Positions 1 to 10,263 of a stretch of DNA of 64,000 nt are shown in pieces. Under the pieces are notes generated by a model. The model did not search any database. It was not told the origin of the DNA and saw only the letters and a list, made by a program, of their open reading frames with translations. Position 1 is the first letter of the stretch, and every line of letters begins with the position of its first letter. This DNA is from Gemmatimonadales bacterium (GTDB taxonomy: Bacteria > Gemmatimonadota > Gemmatimonadetes > Gemmatimonadales > GWC2-71-9), in the NCBI GenBank assembly GCA_041615815.1, contig JBFJCP010000007.1, positions 72,048 to 136,047 of the forward strand, in the 5' to 3' direction. The position numbers and the translations under genes are program-made.

Positions 1-179
1 GCCGCGCTCCACCCTTCCGCCCAGGTGTGAGCTGTTGGGTGCCAGCTGTTGAAGGGCGAGGACCGGGGCCACACCATCGGGGCGCTCCGTGCGGCGCTCG
101 CACCTGATTACATTCTCAAGCGGACCTTTATGGGCCCCGTGCAGTATGGAGGGGTGGGAAGAAAGGAGTCGGCCGTTCC

Positions 180-926
180 GTGATCTACGTGTGTGTCGTC
201 GCCCACAACGATGCGGCAACCGTGGGACTGATGCTCTGGAAGGTCCGCCAGGTGATGGCGGAGCACCGGTGGGAGTATCATCTCCTCGTCGCGGACGACG
301 GTTCCACGGACGGTACTGCCGAAACCCTGGATCTTTATCAGCGCGCGCTCCCGATGAGCGTCATACGCCAGGATGGGCGTCGTGGATACGCCGCGAGCCT
401 GGAAGCGTTGTTGCGAGAAGCCGTCAGCCGGACGGACCGGCCAAAGCGGGATGGTGCCATCACGCTACCGGCCAGCTTCGCCGTTTCCCCCACGGCGCTG
501 CCCGAACTCCTCAAGCGGTTCGCCTCGGGGGCGGATCTGGTGGTCAGTGAATCGGCGGGCACCGACCAACCGCTCTGGGAGCGAGCGGTCCGACGCTCCG
601 CCCCATGGCTGCTGCGGCCGGGACTGCAATTGGAGGGGATGCGAGACGTCACATCCGGGGTTTGTCTGCTTCGGCTGAGCACATTGCGGCACTGCCTCCA
701 GGATCGTGAAGCGCCTTTGCTCGAGACCGAGGGGTCGTGCGCCAACGCGGAGCTGATCGCGCGCGCCGCGACGAGCGCACGGCAGATCGCCGCCGTCTCC
801 CTCGATATTCCCGCACCGACCGCGGCACCGCACGAGCGCCCGTCCCTGGGCACGGTGTTTCAGCTCTTCCGCGCCGGGCGCCGGTTACGCGTCCCGGCGG
901 CCTCGGCGAGGGTGCAACGAGCATGA
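180..926 (+). CDS. Glycosyltransferase family 2-like protein (possibly degenerate)
   Basis: N-terminal GT2 pattern VVAHND...VADDGSTDGT; no clear DxD at the expected position. Confidence 0.75.
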   Translation: MIYVCVVAHNDAATVGLMLWKVRQVMAEHRWEYHLLVADDGSTDGTAETLDLYQRALPMSVIRQDGRRGYAASLEALLREAVSRTDRPKRDGAITLPASFAVSPTALPELLKRFASGADLVVSESAGTDQPLWERAVRRSAPWLLRPGLQLEGMRDVTSGVCLLRLSTLRHCLQDREAPLLETEGSCANAELIARAATSARQIAAVSLDIPAPTAAPHERPSLGTVFQLFRAGRRLRVPAASARVQRA

Positions 927-1714
927 GGATCAAACATTTCGTTACGATGGGCGGCCTCTGGGCGATGGCCGGATCCGTGCCCGCCACAGCCCAGACGGAC
1001 CCATCCCCGATGGCCACAGAGCGGTTCGCCCCGGGGGAAACGCTGGTGTACGACGCCCGATACGGCATCTTCACGGTGGGACGAGCGATGCTCCACGTCG
1101 CCGGGGTCGACACGGTGCGCGCCGAGCCGACCGTGCATGCCGTGTTCGTTTTGCAGGGCGGTATCCCCCTCTATCGCCTGCACAATCGGATGGACTCCTG
1201 GTTCGGCAAACGTGATTTCGCCTCGCGCCGCTTCGTGCAGGATTTTCACGAAGGCGGGAGTGACCGCTACACCGCTTACGAGATCTTCCCGGATTCCGGC
1301 TTTTACGAGGAACGCGGCCCGGCGGACACGGGGGTGGTGGACCGCCAGGAGACGTCAGTAGATCCGCTGGACGACCTCGCGTTCTTCTACTTCGTGCGCG
1401 CCAACGCACTCGAAGTTGGCCGGCGATACGAGTTCGACCGATATTTTCGTCCGGACCGCAACCCCGTCGTGCTGCAGGTCATGGGTCGGGACACCTTGGA
1501 CGTTCCCGCCGGCCGGTTTCCGACTATCGTCGTGCAGCCGATCATTCAGGGACGGGGTATCCTCGCCGAGAGCAGCGAGCCGCGGATGTGGGTGAGCGAC
1601 GACGAGCGCCGCCTCATCGTGCAGTTGAAGTCGAAGTTCCCTTTCGGCACCATTACCCTGCGACTCAAAGACATCACCGACGCGCCGCCACAGGAGCTCC
1701 TAGCCGAGCGCTGA
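923..1714 (+). CDS. DUF3108-like secreted protein
   Basis: ATGA overlap with upstream gene; signal-peptide-like N-terminus; F.PGE.L.Y, D.L.FFY..R and TLDVPAGRF motifs. Confidence 0.75.
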   Translation: MRIKHFVTMGGLWAMAGSVPATAQTDPSPMATERFAPGETLVYDARYGIFTVGRAMLHVAGVDTVRAEPTVHAVFVLQGGIPLYRLHNRMDSWFGKRDFASRRFVQDFHEGGSDRYTAYEIFPDSGFYEERGPADTGVVDRQETSVDPLDDLAFFYFVRANALEVGRRYEFDRYFRPDRNPVVLQVMGRDTLDVPAGRFPTIVVQPIIQGRGILAESSEPRMWVSDDERRLIVQLKSKFPFGTITLRLKDITDAPPQELLAER

Positions 1715-1787
1715 GGGAACCGGGGATGGCGGAGACGCCCTCGCGGCGATACCCACGCCTTGATCCTGTGAACCGCGCGCCGCTCGC

Positions 1788-2006
1788 TCACGCGGCGTCC
1801 TCATGCCCGCGTATAGTGTCGCGGACTCGCCGCGCCGTTCGCGGGCTGATTACTTTCAGGATCAAGTAGACGACGAATCCGATCGCCGCCAACCACAACA
1901 GCGACATCAGCAGCGACAGCGCGACGCCCAAGAGGCCAAACAGCAGTTTGAACGCGACGATGCCCACCATGGCGAGCACCGCAAATCCCAGCAGGTTGCG
2001 TAGCAT
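1788..2006 (-). CDS. Small membrane protein
   Basis: 72 aa, two hydrophobic stretches, GGAGG RBS upstream. Confidence 0.7.
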   Translation of the reverse strand: MLRNLLGFAVLAMVGIVAFKLLFGLLGVALSLLMSLLWLAAIGFVVYLILKVISPRTARRVRDTIRGHEDAA

Positions 2007-2083
2007 ACGTTACCTCCGCGGACGTAAGCCTCGAAGCTCCCTACGAGGACACCGCTTCGTGGGTTTCGCAACCAGGTCCGGCC

Positions 2084-3193
2084 ATGTCCGTGCCTGAAGT
2101 CCTGGTCGTCGGTGGGGGGGTCGTGGGTGCCGCCTGTGCCCGAGCGCTGGCACACCGCGGCGTGACGGTGATGGTCGTGGATGCCGGTCCCAAGTCCGGC
2201 GTGGCGACACAGGCAGCCGCGGGAATGCTCGCACCGTTTGCGGAGGCCATCTCCGAGGACCCCCTGCTCTCGCTCACGGTCCGTGCGCGCGATTGGTATC
2301 GGGACGTGGCGCAGGCACTTTGGGAGGAGACGGGGATCGACATTGGGCTCTGGACGGACGGTATTCTCCAGATCGCGTTCACCGACGCCGAAGCCGCTGA
2401 GGCCAAGAACGCGATCGCCTGGCAGCGGCAGAGCGGATTCGCCGCCGATTGGCTTTCGGCAGAGGACCTCCGAGAGCGCGTACCGGGAATTGCCGAGGAC
2501 GCCATGGGGGCCGTGCTGGCGCCAGAGGACGGGGCATTGGAACCGATTCCCCTCCTCGCCGCGCTCTTGGACAGCGCCGAGGCTCGGGGGGCGCGCCTGG
2601 TCAAGGGTGAACGGGTGGAAGAGGTGTTGTTTGCGAACGGGAAGGTCAGCGGCGTCCGCACGACCGCCGAGCGACGGTCCTGTGCGCATCTGATCCTGGC
2701 CGCGGGATGCTGGACCGGCCGAATCGGCGGCTTGCCCCGGCCCGTATCGGTGGAACCCATCCGCGGTCAAATGGTGGCTCTCCCCTGGCCCAACGGTGAG
2801 CCACCGGCGGTCGTGTATGGCGCGGGTGGCTACGTCGTCTACCGAGGGGGAGAAGCGATCGCGGGGTCCACCATGGAGCACGTCGGCTTCGACACCTCGG
2901 TCACACCTGAAGGCGTGCGTCGCATCCTCCAGTCCGCCAGACGGATCTATCCGGCGCTTGCTGACGCGGAGGTGCTCCGCTCCTGGGCTGGGCTCCGACC
3001 CGGTACACCGGACGGACGGCCCATGCTGGGCAGAGATCCGGAGATCCCCAACCTCTGGTACGCCACCGGGCACGGCCGAAACGGGATCCTCCTGGCAGGT
3101 CTCACCGGAGAAATCCTGGGGCGGCTTTTCTTGGGCGAGACGGTGGAACACGATCTCGAACCCCTCGACCCCGGGCGCTTCTGGACCGCCTGA
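2084..3193 (+). CDS. thiO: Glycine oxidase (FAD-dependent)
   Basis: GGGVVG FAD motif, ATQAAAGMLAP, WAGLRP, GHGRNGILLA. Confidence 0.85.
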   Translation: MSVPEVLVVGGGVVGAACARALAHRGVTVMVVDAGPKSGVATQAAAGMLAPFAEAISEDPLLSLTVRARDWYRDVAQALWEETGIDIGLWTDGILQIAFTDAEAAEAKNAIAWQRQSGFAADWLSAEDLRERVPGIAEDAMGAVLAPEDGALEPIPLLAALLDSAEARGARLVKGERVEEVLFANGKVSGVRTTAERRSCAHLILAAGCWTGRIGGLPRPVSVEPIRGQMVALPWPNGEPPAVVYGAGGYVVYRGGEAIAGSTMEHVGFDTSVTPEGVRRILQSARRIYPALADAEVLRSWAGLRPGTPDGRPMLGRDPEIPNLWYATGHGRNGILLAGLTGEILGRLFLGETVEHDLEPLDPGRFWTA

Positions 3194-3293
3194 GCGTCCC
3201 CATCCAGGGAACAACGACCGTGCACCCGCGTTTCAACCAAACGGGTGAACGATGCTGGTTTCCCCCCTACCCAGTGGCTATGTTTCCACCCCC

Positions 3294-4196
3294 ATGGACT
3301 TGGTGCAGCTGACGTCCCGCCGCGCAGATACCGCGCCCCAACGCAAACCCCCGTGGCTCAAGGTCAAGGCTCCGGGCGGTCCGAACTACGCCGACATCAA
3401 GGGGCTGATGCGGGAGCTGAGCCTGCACACCGTCTGCGAAGAAGCCCATTGTCCCAACATCGGTGAATGTTGGGAGCATCGGGCGGCAACATTCATGATC
3501 CTCGGCGATGTGTGCACGAGGAACTGCGCGTACTGTGCGGTGGCCCACGGCACGCCGGCCCCGTACGATCCCGGGGAACCGCGCCGGCTCGCCGACGCCG
3601 TGGCAGCAATGGGGCTCCAGCACGTGGTCATCACGAGCGTGGATCGGGACGATCTGCCCAACGGCGGCTCGGAGATCTTTGCGGGGTGCGTGGCTGAAAT
3701 ACGCGCGCGCCTGCCCGAGGCCTCGATCGAGTTGCTTATCCCGGACTTCAAGGGTTCCGACACCGCACTCCGTCTCGTCGTGGAGGCCGGTCCGAACATC
3801 CTGAATCACAATCTCGAGACCATTCAGCGACTGTACCGCATTGCCCGGCCGGGCGGCCGATACGACCGTGCCCTGCGACTCTTGCGGCGGGCAAAGGAGA
3901 TGAATCCCGAACTCCTTACCAAGTCAGGCATCATGTGCGGACTCGGCGAGGAGTGGGATGAGCTCTTGGTGTCGATGCGCGACGTGCGGGATCAGGGAGT
4001 CGACATCCTCACCCTCGGACAGTATCTGCGGCCCTCGCGCGATCATCTTCCCGTCAGCCGGTACTACACCCCGGCGGAATTTGCGCAGTTGCGTGAGCAC
4101 GGCCGCGGTCTGGGGTACGCCCATGTGGAAGCTGGCCCCCTGGTCCGCTCGTCGTACCACGCGTGGGAACAGGTCCAACGGGCGGCTGCGCTCTAA
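3294..4196 (+). CDS. lipA: Lipoyl synthase
   Basis: CEEAHCPNIGEC, radical SAM CTRNCAYC, VRSSYHA; start could be 3252. Confidence 0.97.
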   Translation: MDLVQLTSRRADTAPQRKPPWLKVKAPGGPNYADIKGLMRELSLHTVCEEAHCPNIGECWEHRAATFMILGDVCTRNCAYCAVAHGTPAPYDPGEPRRLADAVAAMGLQHVVITSVDRDDLPNGGSEIFAGCVAEIRARLPEASIELLIPDFKGSDTALRLVVEAGPNILNHNLETIQRLYRIARPGGRYDRALRLLRRAKEMNPELLTKSGIMCGLGEEWDELLVSMRDVRDQGVDILTLGQYLRPSRDHLPVSRYYTPAEFAQLREHGRGLGYAHVEAGPLVRSSYHAWEQVQRAAAL

Positions 4197-4201
4197 CCGC
4201 A

Positions 4202-5200
4202 ATGGCTCAACCAGCGACCTATTCGGCACTCGATGCGGAGCGGGGCGATTTCTATCTCCACCTTCTCCGCCAGATGGTCTTGATTCGTCGCTTCGAAGAG
4301 CGCGCGGGCGAGGCGTATGCCCAGGGCAAGATCGGCGGGTTCTGTCATTTGTATATCGGACAGGAAGCGGTGGCGGTGGGCGCCATCGCCGCCCTGGGAC
4401 CAGCGGACTACATCTTTACCAGCTATCGGGAGCATGCGCACGCCCTGGCGCGAGGCATGACGCCGCGCGCCGCCATGGCGGAGCTCTTCGGCAAGGTCAC
4501 TGGCTGCTCCAAGGGCAAAGGTGGTTCGATGCACCTCTTCGACGTGTCCACGGGGTTCCTCGGTGGGCATGCGATCGTGGGTGCCCACCTGCCCCTGGCG
4601 GCCGGCGCCGCGTTTGCCGCAAAGTATCGCGGATCGGATCAGGTGACTGTCTGCTTCTTCGGCGAGGCCGCCGTGAACATCGGGGCGTTTCACGAGACCC
4701 TGAACATGGCCGCCCTCTGGAAGCTGCCGGTGATCTTTTTGTGCGAGAACAACCGGTACGGCATGGGAACGGCCCTGGAGCGAGCCTCGGCGGTGTACGA
4801 CATCTCGCAACGCGCCTGCTCGTACGACATGGCTTCGGAAATCGCGGACGGCATGGACGTCCTCGCCATGTACGACGTCACGCACCGCGCGGTGGATCGG
4901 GCGAGGACCGAGGGTCTGCCGACACTCATCGAGGCTCGGACCTATCGCTATATGGGACACTCGATGGCTGATCCTATTCACGGGCATTATCGCACCAAGG
5001 AAGAGTTGGAGGAACAGAAACAGCGGGATCCCATCGAGAGTTTCAAAGCTCGCCTGTTGGATGAAGGGCTGCTGGACGGCGAGACCTATGATCAGATGGA
5101 GTCCGTGATCGCCGACGACGTGGACGATTCCATCCGCTTCTCCGAGGAGAGCCCCGACCCGGATCCCGACGAACTCTTTCGCGACGTTTACCGCGACTGA
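4202..5200 (+). CDS. pdhA: Pyruvate dehydrogenase E1 alpha
   Basis: KIGGFCHLYIGQEA, GKGGSMH, TYRYMGHSMAD. Confidence 0.95.
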   Translation: MAQPATYSALDAERGDFYLHLLRQMVLIRRFEERAGEAYAQGKIGGFCHLYIGQEAVAVGAIAALGPADYIFTSYREHAHALARGMTPRAAMAELFGKVTGCSKGKGGSMHLFDVSTGFLGGHAIVGAHLPLAAGAAFAAKYRGSDQVTVCFFGEAAVNIGAFHETLNMAALWKLPVIFLCENNRYGMGTALERASAVYDISQRACSYDMASEIADGMDVLAMYDVTHRAVDRARTEGLPTLIEARTYRYMGHSMADPIHGHYRTKEELEEQKQRDPIESFKARLLDEGLLDGETYDQMESVIADDVDDSIRFSEESPDPDPDELFRDVYRD

Positions 5201-6183
5201 TGCCCACGATCACCTACCGCGACGCTCTGAATCAGGCGCTTCGGGAGGAGATGGAGCGCGACCCCAACGTGTTTCTCATGGGGGAAGAGGTGGGTGTGTA
5301 TCAGGGCGCGTACAAGGTGAGCCGGGGACTCTTGGAGAAGTTTGGCGAGCAGCGGGTCGTCGATACCCCCATTGCCGAGCTCGGGTTTGCCGGCGTGGGG
5401 GTGGGTGCCGCCATGGTGGGGCTTCGTCCCATCATCGAGTTCATGACCTGGAACTTCGCGCTCCTCGCCATTGACGAGGTCGTGAACGCCGCCGCCAAGA
5501 TGCTGTATATGTCCGGAGGACAAATCCCCATTCCGATCGTATTCCGGGGACCCGGTGGCGCGGCCCTGCAGCTCGCGGCTCAACACTCGCAGGCCTTCGA
5601 GTCGTGGTATGCGCACGTGCCCGGTCTCAAAGTGGTGGCACCTGCCACCCCCTACGACGCCAAGGGTCTCCTCAAGTCCGCTGTCCGTGACGACAACCCG
5701 GTGATGTTTCTCGAAGGCGAGATGCTCTACAACACCAAAGGCGACGTGCCCGACGACGAGTATACCATCCCGTTGGGAGAGGCCGATGTGAAGCGGGAAG
5801 GCTCTGACGTAACCCTCATCGTGCACTCGAAGACCGTAGCCGTTGCCCTCAAGGCCGCCGATCGGCTCGCCAAGGAACTCGACGTCTCGGCGGAGATTGT
5901 CGATCTCCGGACCATTCGCCCCCTCGACACGGCGGCGATTGCGCAGAGCGTCCAGAAGACCAACCGATGTGTGGTGGTCGAGGAGGGTTGGCCGTTCTGC
6001 GGGATCGGTGCTCAGGTAGCCTTCGAGATCCAACGCGACGCTTTTGATCATCTCGACGCACCGGTCCTTCGCGTGACCGGTGCGGACGTGCCTATGCCGT
6101 ATAACAAGAAGTTAGAACGTTCCGCGAAGCCGAGTCCGGACGCCGTCATCGACGCCGTCAAGCAGGTCACCTACCTCGACTGA
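5200..6183 (+). CDS. pdhB: Pyruvate dehydrogenase E1 beta
   Basis: GEEVGVYQGAYKV, DTPIAELGF, AAQHSQ; TGATG coupling with pdhA. Confidence 0.95.
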   Translation: MPTITYRDALNQALREEMERDPNVFLMGEEVGVYQGAYKVSRGLLEKFGEQRVVDTPIAELGFAGVGVGAAMVGLRPIIEFMTWNFALLAIDEVVNAAAKMLYMSGGQIPIPIVFRGPGGAALQLAAQHSQAFESWYAHVPGLKVVAPATPYDAKGLLKSAVRDDNPVMFLEGEMLYNTKGDVPDDEYTIPLGEADVKREGSDVTLIVHSKTVAVALKAADRLAKELDVSAEIVDLRTIRPLDTAAIAQSVQKTNRCVVVEEGWPFCGIGAQVAFEIQRDAFDHLDAPVLRVTGADVPMPYNKKLERSAKPSPDAVIDAVKQVTYLD

Positions 6184-6195
6184 CCACGACACCTC

Positions 6196-7476
6196 ATGGC
6201 GACCAGAGTATTCATGGAAGCGCTCTCTCCCACCATGGAAGAGGGTAAGGTCGTGTCATGGCTGAAGCAGGAGGGTGAGGGGGTCAAGACCGGCGATGTC
6301 TTGGCGGAGGTCGAGACTGACAAGGCGGTGATGGAGCTCCAGGCACGTGGCGACGGTGTGCTACGAAAGATCGTCGCCGAGGAAGGCGCCACCGTCGAGG
6401 TTGGCAGCTTGGTGGCCGTTATCGCGGCGCCCGACGAGGACATCGACGCGCTCCTCGAGGAGGGAGCGGGGAGCGGCGAGCGGGAACCGGGCAGGCAGGA
6501 GCAGGAAGCGGAGGGTGAGCAGCGGGCGGGAGCACCTACCGCAACCGTGGCACCTCCGGTTCGAACACCGGGTCAGCCATCACCGCCCCCGGCTCGCCCC
6601 GCTCCACTTCCCGAAACGGCCGACGGCGCACGGATCAAAGCATCTCCGCTTGCGCGCCGGGTCGCTGCGGAACGCGGCATTGACCTCAAAATCGTCCAGG
6701 GTTCGGGTCCCGGAGGCCGGATCGTGCTCCGAGACGTCGAAGCGGCACAGGCGGAGCCACCCGTGCCCCCACCGGCCTTGGCGTTGCGTGACGAGGGGTT
6801 CGAGGACGCGAAGCTCTCGCAGATGCGAAAGACGATCGCCCGCCGTCTGGTCGAGTCCATCGGTCCGATCCCACACTTCTTCTTGACGACCGAAGTGGAC
6901 ATGGAACGGACGGCCGAGGCGCGCCAAGCACTGAACGCGCTCGGCGAGGAACCGCGCATCTCCTTCAACGATATCATCATGAAAGTCATCGCCGCCTCGC
7001 TTCGCGAGCATCGCGACTGCAACGCCTGGTGGCAAGAAGATCATATTCGGTACTTCAACGAGGTCCACCTCGGGATGGCAGTCGCCATCGATGAAGGGCT
7101 CATCACCCCCGTCATTCGGCACGCGCACCAAAAGACTCTGCGGCAGATCGCCGTAGAAGCGCGCGCACTCGCCGAACGCGCGCGCGTGCGCAAACTGAAG
7201 CCGGAGGAGTACACGGGCGCAACGTTCTCGGTGTCCAATCTAGGCATGCTGGACATCGACCAATTCACCGCCGTCATCAATCCTCCAGAAGCCGGCATCG
7301 TGGCCATCGGGAGCATTACCGAGAAGCCGGTCGTAGTGGATGGGGCGGTGGTGGTGCGCAAGCGCATGCGGATGACCATGAGCTGTGACCATCGAGTCAT
7401 CGATGGCGCAACCGGAGCCCGATTCCTCCAGACCGTGCGTCGCATGCTGGAGAATCCACTAGCGATCGTCTGGTAG
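6196..7476 (+). CDS. pdhC: Dihydrolipoamide acetyltransferase (PDH E2)
   Basis: Lipoyl domain EVETDKA, E3-binding ASPLARR..GSGPGGRI, catalytic DHRVIDG. Confidence 0.95.
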   Translation: MATRVFMEALSPTMEEGKVVSWLKQEGEGVKTGDVLAEVETDKAVMELQARGDGVLRKIVAEEGATVEVGSLVAVIAAPDEDIDALLEEGAGSGEREPGRQEQEAEGEQRAGAPTATVAPPVRTPGQPSPPPARPAPLPETADGARIKASPLARRVAAERGIDLKIVQGSGPGGRIVLRDVEAAQAEPPVPPPALALRDEGFEDAKLSQMRKTIARRLVESIGPIPHFFLTTEVDMERTAEARQALNALGEEPRISFNDIIMKVIAASLREHRDCNAWWQEDHIRYFNEVHLGMAVAIDEGLITPVIRHAHQKTLRQIAVEARALAERARVRKLKPEEYTGATFSVSNLGMLDIDQFTAVINPPEAGIVAIGSITEKPVVVDGAVVVRKRMRMTMSCDHRVIDGATGARFLQTVRRMLENPLAIVW

Positions 7477-7482
7477 ACGGGG

Positions 7483-7576
7483 ACCCATCCCGCCGATCCC
7501 GCCTATGTTGTCCGCTACCTCGGTGCGGTGACCGGAACATTCAACGACGTGAACGTGAAGATCGGCGGGGACGGGT
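7483..7576. other. Intergenic nested stem-loop (possible structured RNA)
   Basis: ACCCATCCCGCCGATC pairs with GATCGGCGGGGACGGGT; inner ATGTTGTCCG/CGGAACAT stem. Confidence 0.4.
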
Positions 7577-7615
7577 AGCAGCAAGAGATCAACTCTCAAA
7601 CTCAGGGATCCAAAC

Positions 7616-9010
7616 GTGGCCAACAACTACGACGTGATTGTGCTTGGCGGCGGCCCCGCCGGATACGTATGCGCGATCCGGGCCGCTCAGCTCGGTCTCT
7701 CCACTGCCGTGGTCGAACGAGACAAGCTGGGAGGTGTGTGCGTGAACGTCGGATGCATTCCGAGTAAGGCTCTGCTGCATTCCGCCTATGTCGCAAACCT
7801 CCTGAATCACGACGCCGAACAGCTCGGCGTGACGGCAAAGGACGTGTCCCTCGATCTCGGACGCGCCGTCAAACACTCACGTCAGGTGAGCGAGCAGAAC
7901 TCGAAGGGCGTCGAGTTCCTGATGAAGAAGAACAAGGTGACGGTCCTCGCCGGCACGGGGGTCCTGCAGACGGGCCGCAACATCAAGGTTGGGAACGAGA
8001 CATACCACGCGACCAAGGCACTCGTGATCGCCACCGGCACGCGGGTGAAGGGACTTCCCCAGGCGGGCCTCGAGCTCAACAAAACCACCGTGATCTCCTC
8101 GGATGAGGCACTCTTCCTCGGTTCCGCACCCGCGTCGCTCGCCGTTGTCGGTGCCGGGGCCGTAGGCGTGGAGTTCGCGGACATCTTCAATGCGTTCGGC
8201 AGCAAGGTCACCCTCATCGAAGTTCTGCCACGCATACTTCCGGTGGAGGACGCCGAGGCGTCCGCCACGCTCACCAAGATCTACAAGAAGCGCGGCATCG
8301 ACGTGATGGCCGGCGCAAAGGTCAAGAGCGCCAAGGTGAAGCCAAAGGGCGTGGCGCTGGAGATCGAGAGCGATGGGAAGACGCAGAAGCTGGAAGTCGA
8401 GAAGGTGCTCATGGCAGCCGGCCGGGCCCTCAACGTCGACAATATGGGCTTCGACGCCGCCGGCGTTGGACTGGATGACCGTGGATTCGTCAAAGTTGAT
8501 GACCAGCTCCGCACCACCGCTGACGGTATCTTCTGCATCGGCGACGTGGCGGGCCCACCCATGCTCGCTCACAAAGGGAGTCGGGATGGGGTCTTCGTCG
8601 CCGAACTCATCGCCGGGAAGCGACCCCATGCTATCAAGTACGATAACATTCCTAGCGTCACGTACTGCCACCCAGAGGTCGCGAGTATCGGGCTCACCGA
8701 GGAGCAATGCAAAGCGAAGAAGCTCGACTTCGTAGTCGGGAAGTTCGCCCTGAGCAACAACGGGCGTGCCCGCGCTGCCATGGAAACCGACGGATTCGTC
8801 AAGATCCTGCGCGATAAGCGATACGGGGAGATCCTCGGCGCCCATATCGTAGCGTCACACGCCAGCGAGCTGATTCATGAGCTCACGGTGGCGCGAGAGA
8901 ACGAATACACGGTGGAAGAAGTGGACCTCGCCGTCCACGCCCATCCGACGCTTTCGGAGGCGGTGGCCGAAGCGGCGCTCGATTCGTTGGGACGGGTGAT
9001 CCACGCCTAG
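7616..9010 (+). CDS. lpdA: Dihydrolipoyl dehydrogenase (E3)
   Basis: GGGPAGY, redox CVNVGCIPSK, HAHPTLSE. Confidence 0.97.
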   Translation: MANNYDVIVLGGGPAGYVCAIRAAQLGLSTAVVERDKLGGVCVNVGCIPSKALLHSAYVANLLNHDAEQLGVTAKDVSLDLGRAVKHSRQVSEQNSKGVEFLMKKNKVTVLAGTGVLQTGRNIKVGNETYHATKALVIATGTRVKGLPQAGLELNKTTVISSDEALFLGSAPASLAVVGAGAVGVEFADIFNAFGSKVTLIEVLPRILPVEDAEASATLTKIYKKRGIDVMAGAKVKSAKVKPKGVALEIESDGKTQKLEVEKVLMAAGRALNVDNMGFDAAGVGLDDRGFVKVDDQLRTTADGIFCIGDVAGPPMLAHKGSRDGVFVAELIAGKRPHAIKYDNIPSVTYCHPEVASIGLTEEQCKAKKLDFVVGKFALSNNGRARAAMETDGFVKILRDKRYGEILGAHIVASHASELIHELTVARENEYTVEEVDLAVHAHPTLSEAVAEAALDSLGRVIHA

Positions 9011-9026
9011 TACCACGCAGGACCCC

Positions 9027-9416
9027 GTGGGCACGGCGGTCGCGAGCATTGCCGCCGGCGCCACCGCCGGTGGCGCCATCATGACGATGGGTGTACTCGT
9101 GCTTCGCGTCCTCCAGACAGGGATCACGAATCCCGTCACCTTGGACGTTGGGTTCGCTGTCCTCACCGCCGCAGTCGCCGGCGGAATCATCACGGCTGTC
9201 GTGAGTGGCTGGTCGTTGGCCCGTGCCATTCACGATCCATGGCGTCGTGGCGTCATTGCCGCGCTGGCAGGATTCGGAGGAAGTGTGCTCGCGGTGTTGG
9301 CCACGCCTGCCGACGTGGCCGGTGGACGAGTGGGCCTCACGATCTACCTGCTGCTCCTCCTGGCCCTGGCTTTCGTCGCGTTTCGGGCTGCCAAACGCGC
9401 CGGTGCCCGTGAGTAG
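9027..9416 (+). CDS. Hypothetical membrane protein
   Basis: About four hydrophobic segments; fills the gap between lpdA and lipB. Confidence 0.6.
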   Translation: MGTAVASIAAGATAGGAIMTMGVLVLRVLQTGITNPVTLDVGFAVLTAAVAGGIITAVVSGWSLARAIHDPWRRGVIAALAGFGGSVLAVLATPADVAGGRVGLTIYLLLLLALAFVAFRAAKRAGARE

Positions 9417-10098
9417 GCAGCTCGCGGTGATCGGGCTCGGCCGTATGGACTACGGCGAGGCCCTCGAGCTGCAGCGTTCGCTCGCCCGGGCGCGGATCGC
9501 AAAGACCCAACCGCAGGATCTGCTTCTGCTCGTGGAACACCCCCCAGTCGTCACTCTCGGCCGCACATTTCGCCCGCAACATCTTTCCACGCCGCACGAC
9601 GCCCTTGCCGCGCGAGGGGTGGAAGTGTTCGAGATCGAACGCGGTGGCGATGTGACGTATCACGGCCCCGGGCAACTCGTGGGGTACCCTATCTTCGACC
9701 TCACCGAGCACAAACAGGATCTGCACTGGTTTCTGCGGCAGATCGAACAGGGCATCATCCTTGCCCTCGACCACCTCGGACTTTCGGCCCGCCGCAACGC
9801 CCCGCATACCGGTGTGTGGATCGAGAATCGCAAGATCGCGAGCATCGGGATCCACGTGAAACAATGGGTCACGTGGCACGGTTTTGCGCTCAACGTCACG
9901 ACCGATCTCAGTTACTTCGATCTCATGATCCCGTGTGGGATTCCCGAAGTCGTGATGACGAGCGTGGCCCGCGAGCTAGGGGAACGGACGCCGCGCGACG
10001 TGTGGGGACGCGCGCTGGAGAGTGCGGTGCTGGGGTTCGCAGAGGTGTTTGGTTTTGAACCGCAAATGATGGGGCTCGAGGAGGTACGAGGACACTGA
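9409..10098 (+). CDS. lipB: Lipoyl(octanoyl) transferase
   Basis: EHPPVVTLGR, RGGDVTYHGPGQ, KIASIG, HGFALN, IPCG; GTG start overlapping upstream gene. Confidence 0.95.
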   Translation: MSRQLAVIGLGRMDYGEALELQRSLARARIAKTQPQDLLLLVEHPPVVTLGRTFRPQHLSTPHDALAARGVEVFEIERGGDVTYHGPGQLVGYPIFDLTEHKQDLHWFLRQIEQGIILALDHLGLSARRNAPHTGVWIENRKIASIGIHVKQWVTWHGFALNVTTDLSYFDLMIPCGIPEVVMTSVARELGERTPRDVWGRALESAVLGFAEVFGFEPQMMGLEEVRGH

Positions 10099-10263
10099 GC
10101 AGCGAGAATCCAGAACGGGCTCTCCCATCCAGACTGAGGCGGCGGCTGCTCGACACTCAACACGTGGCCATCCGCATTCCCAACTCGCGGCTCCACTTCC
10201 GGACGTTGGACAACTTGCGACTAATTGACCACGACATGCGGCACGCTGCCCCCCCGCGCCGTT

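Noticed and set aside
10099..10263. Possible gene remnant between lipB and the M20 peptidase
   Set aside because: No frame gives a recognisable protein.
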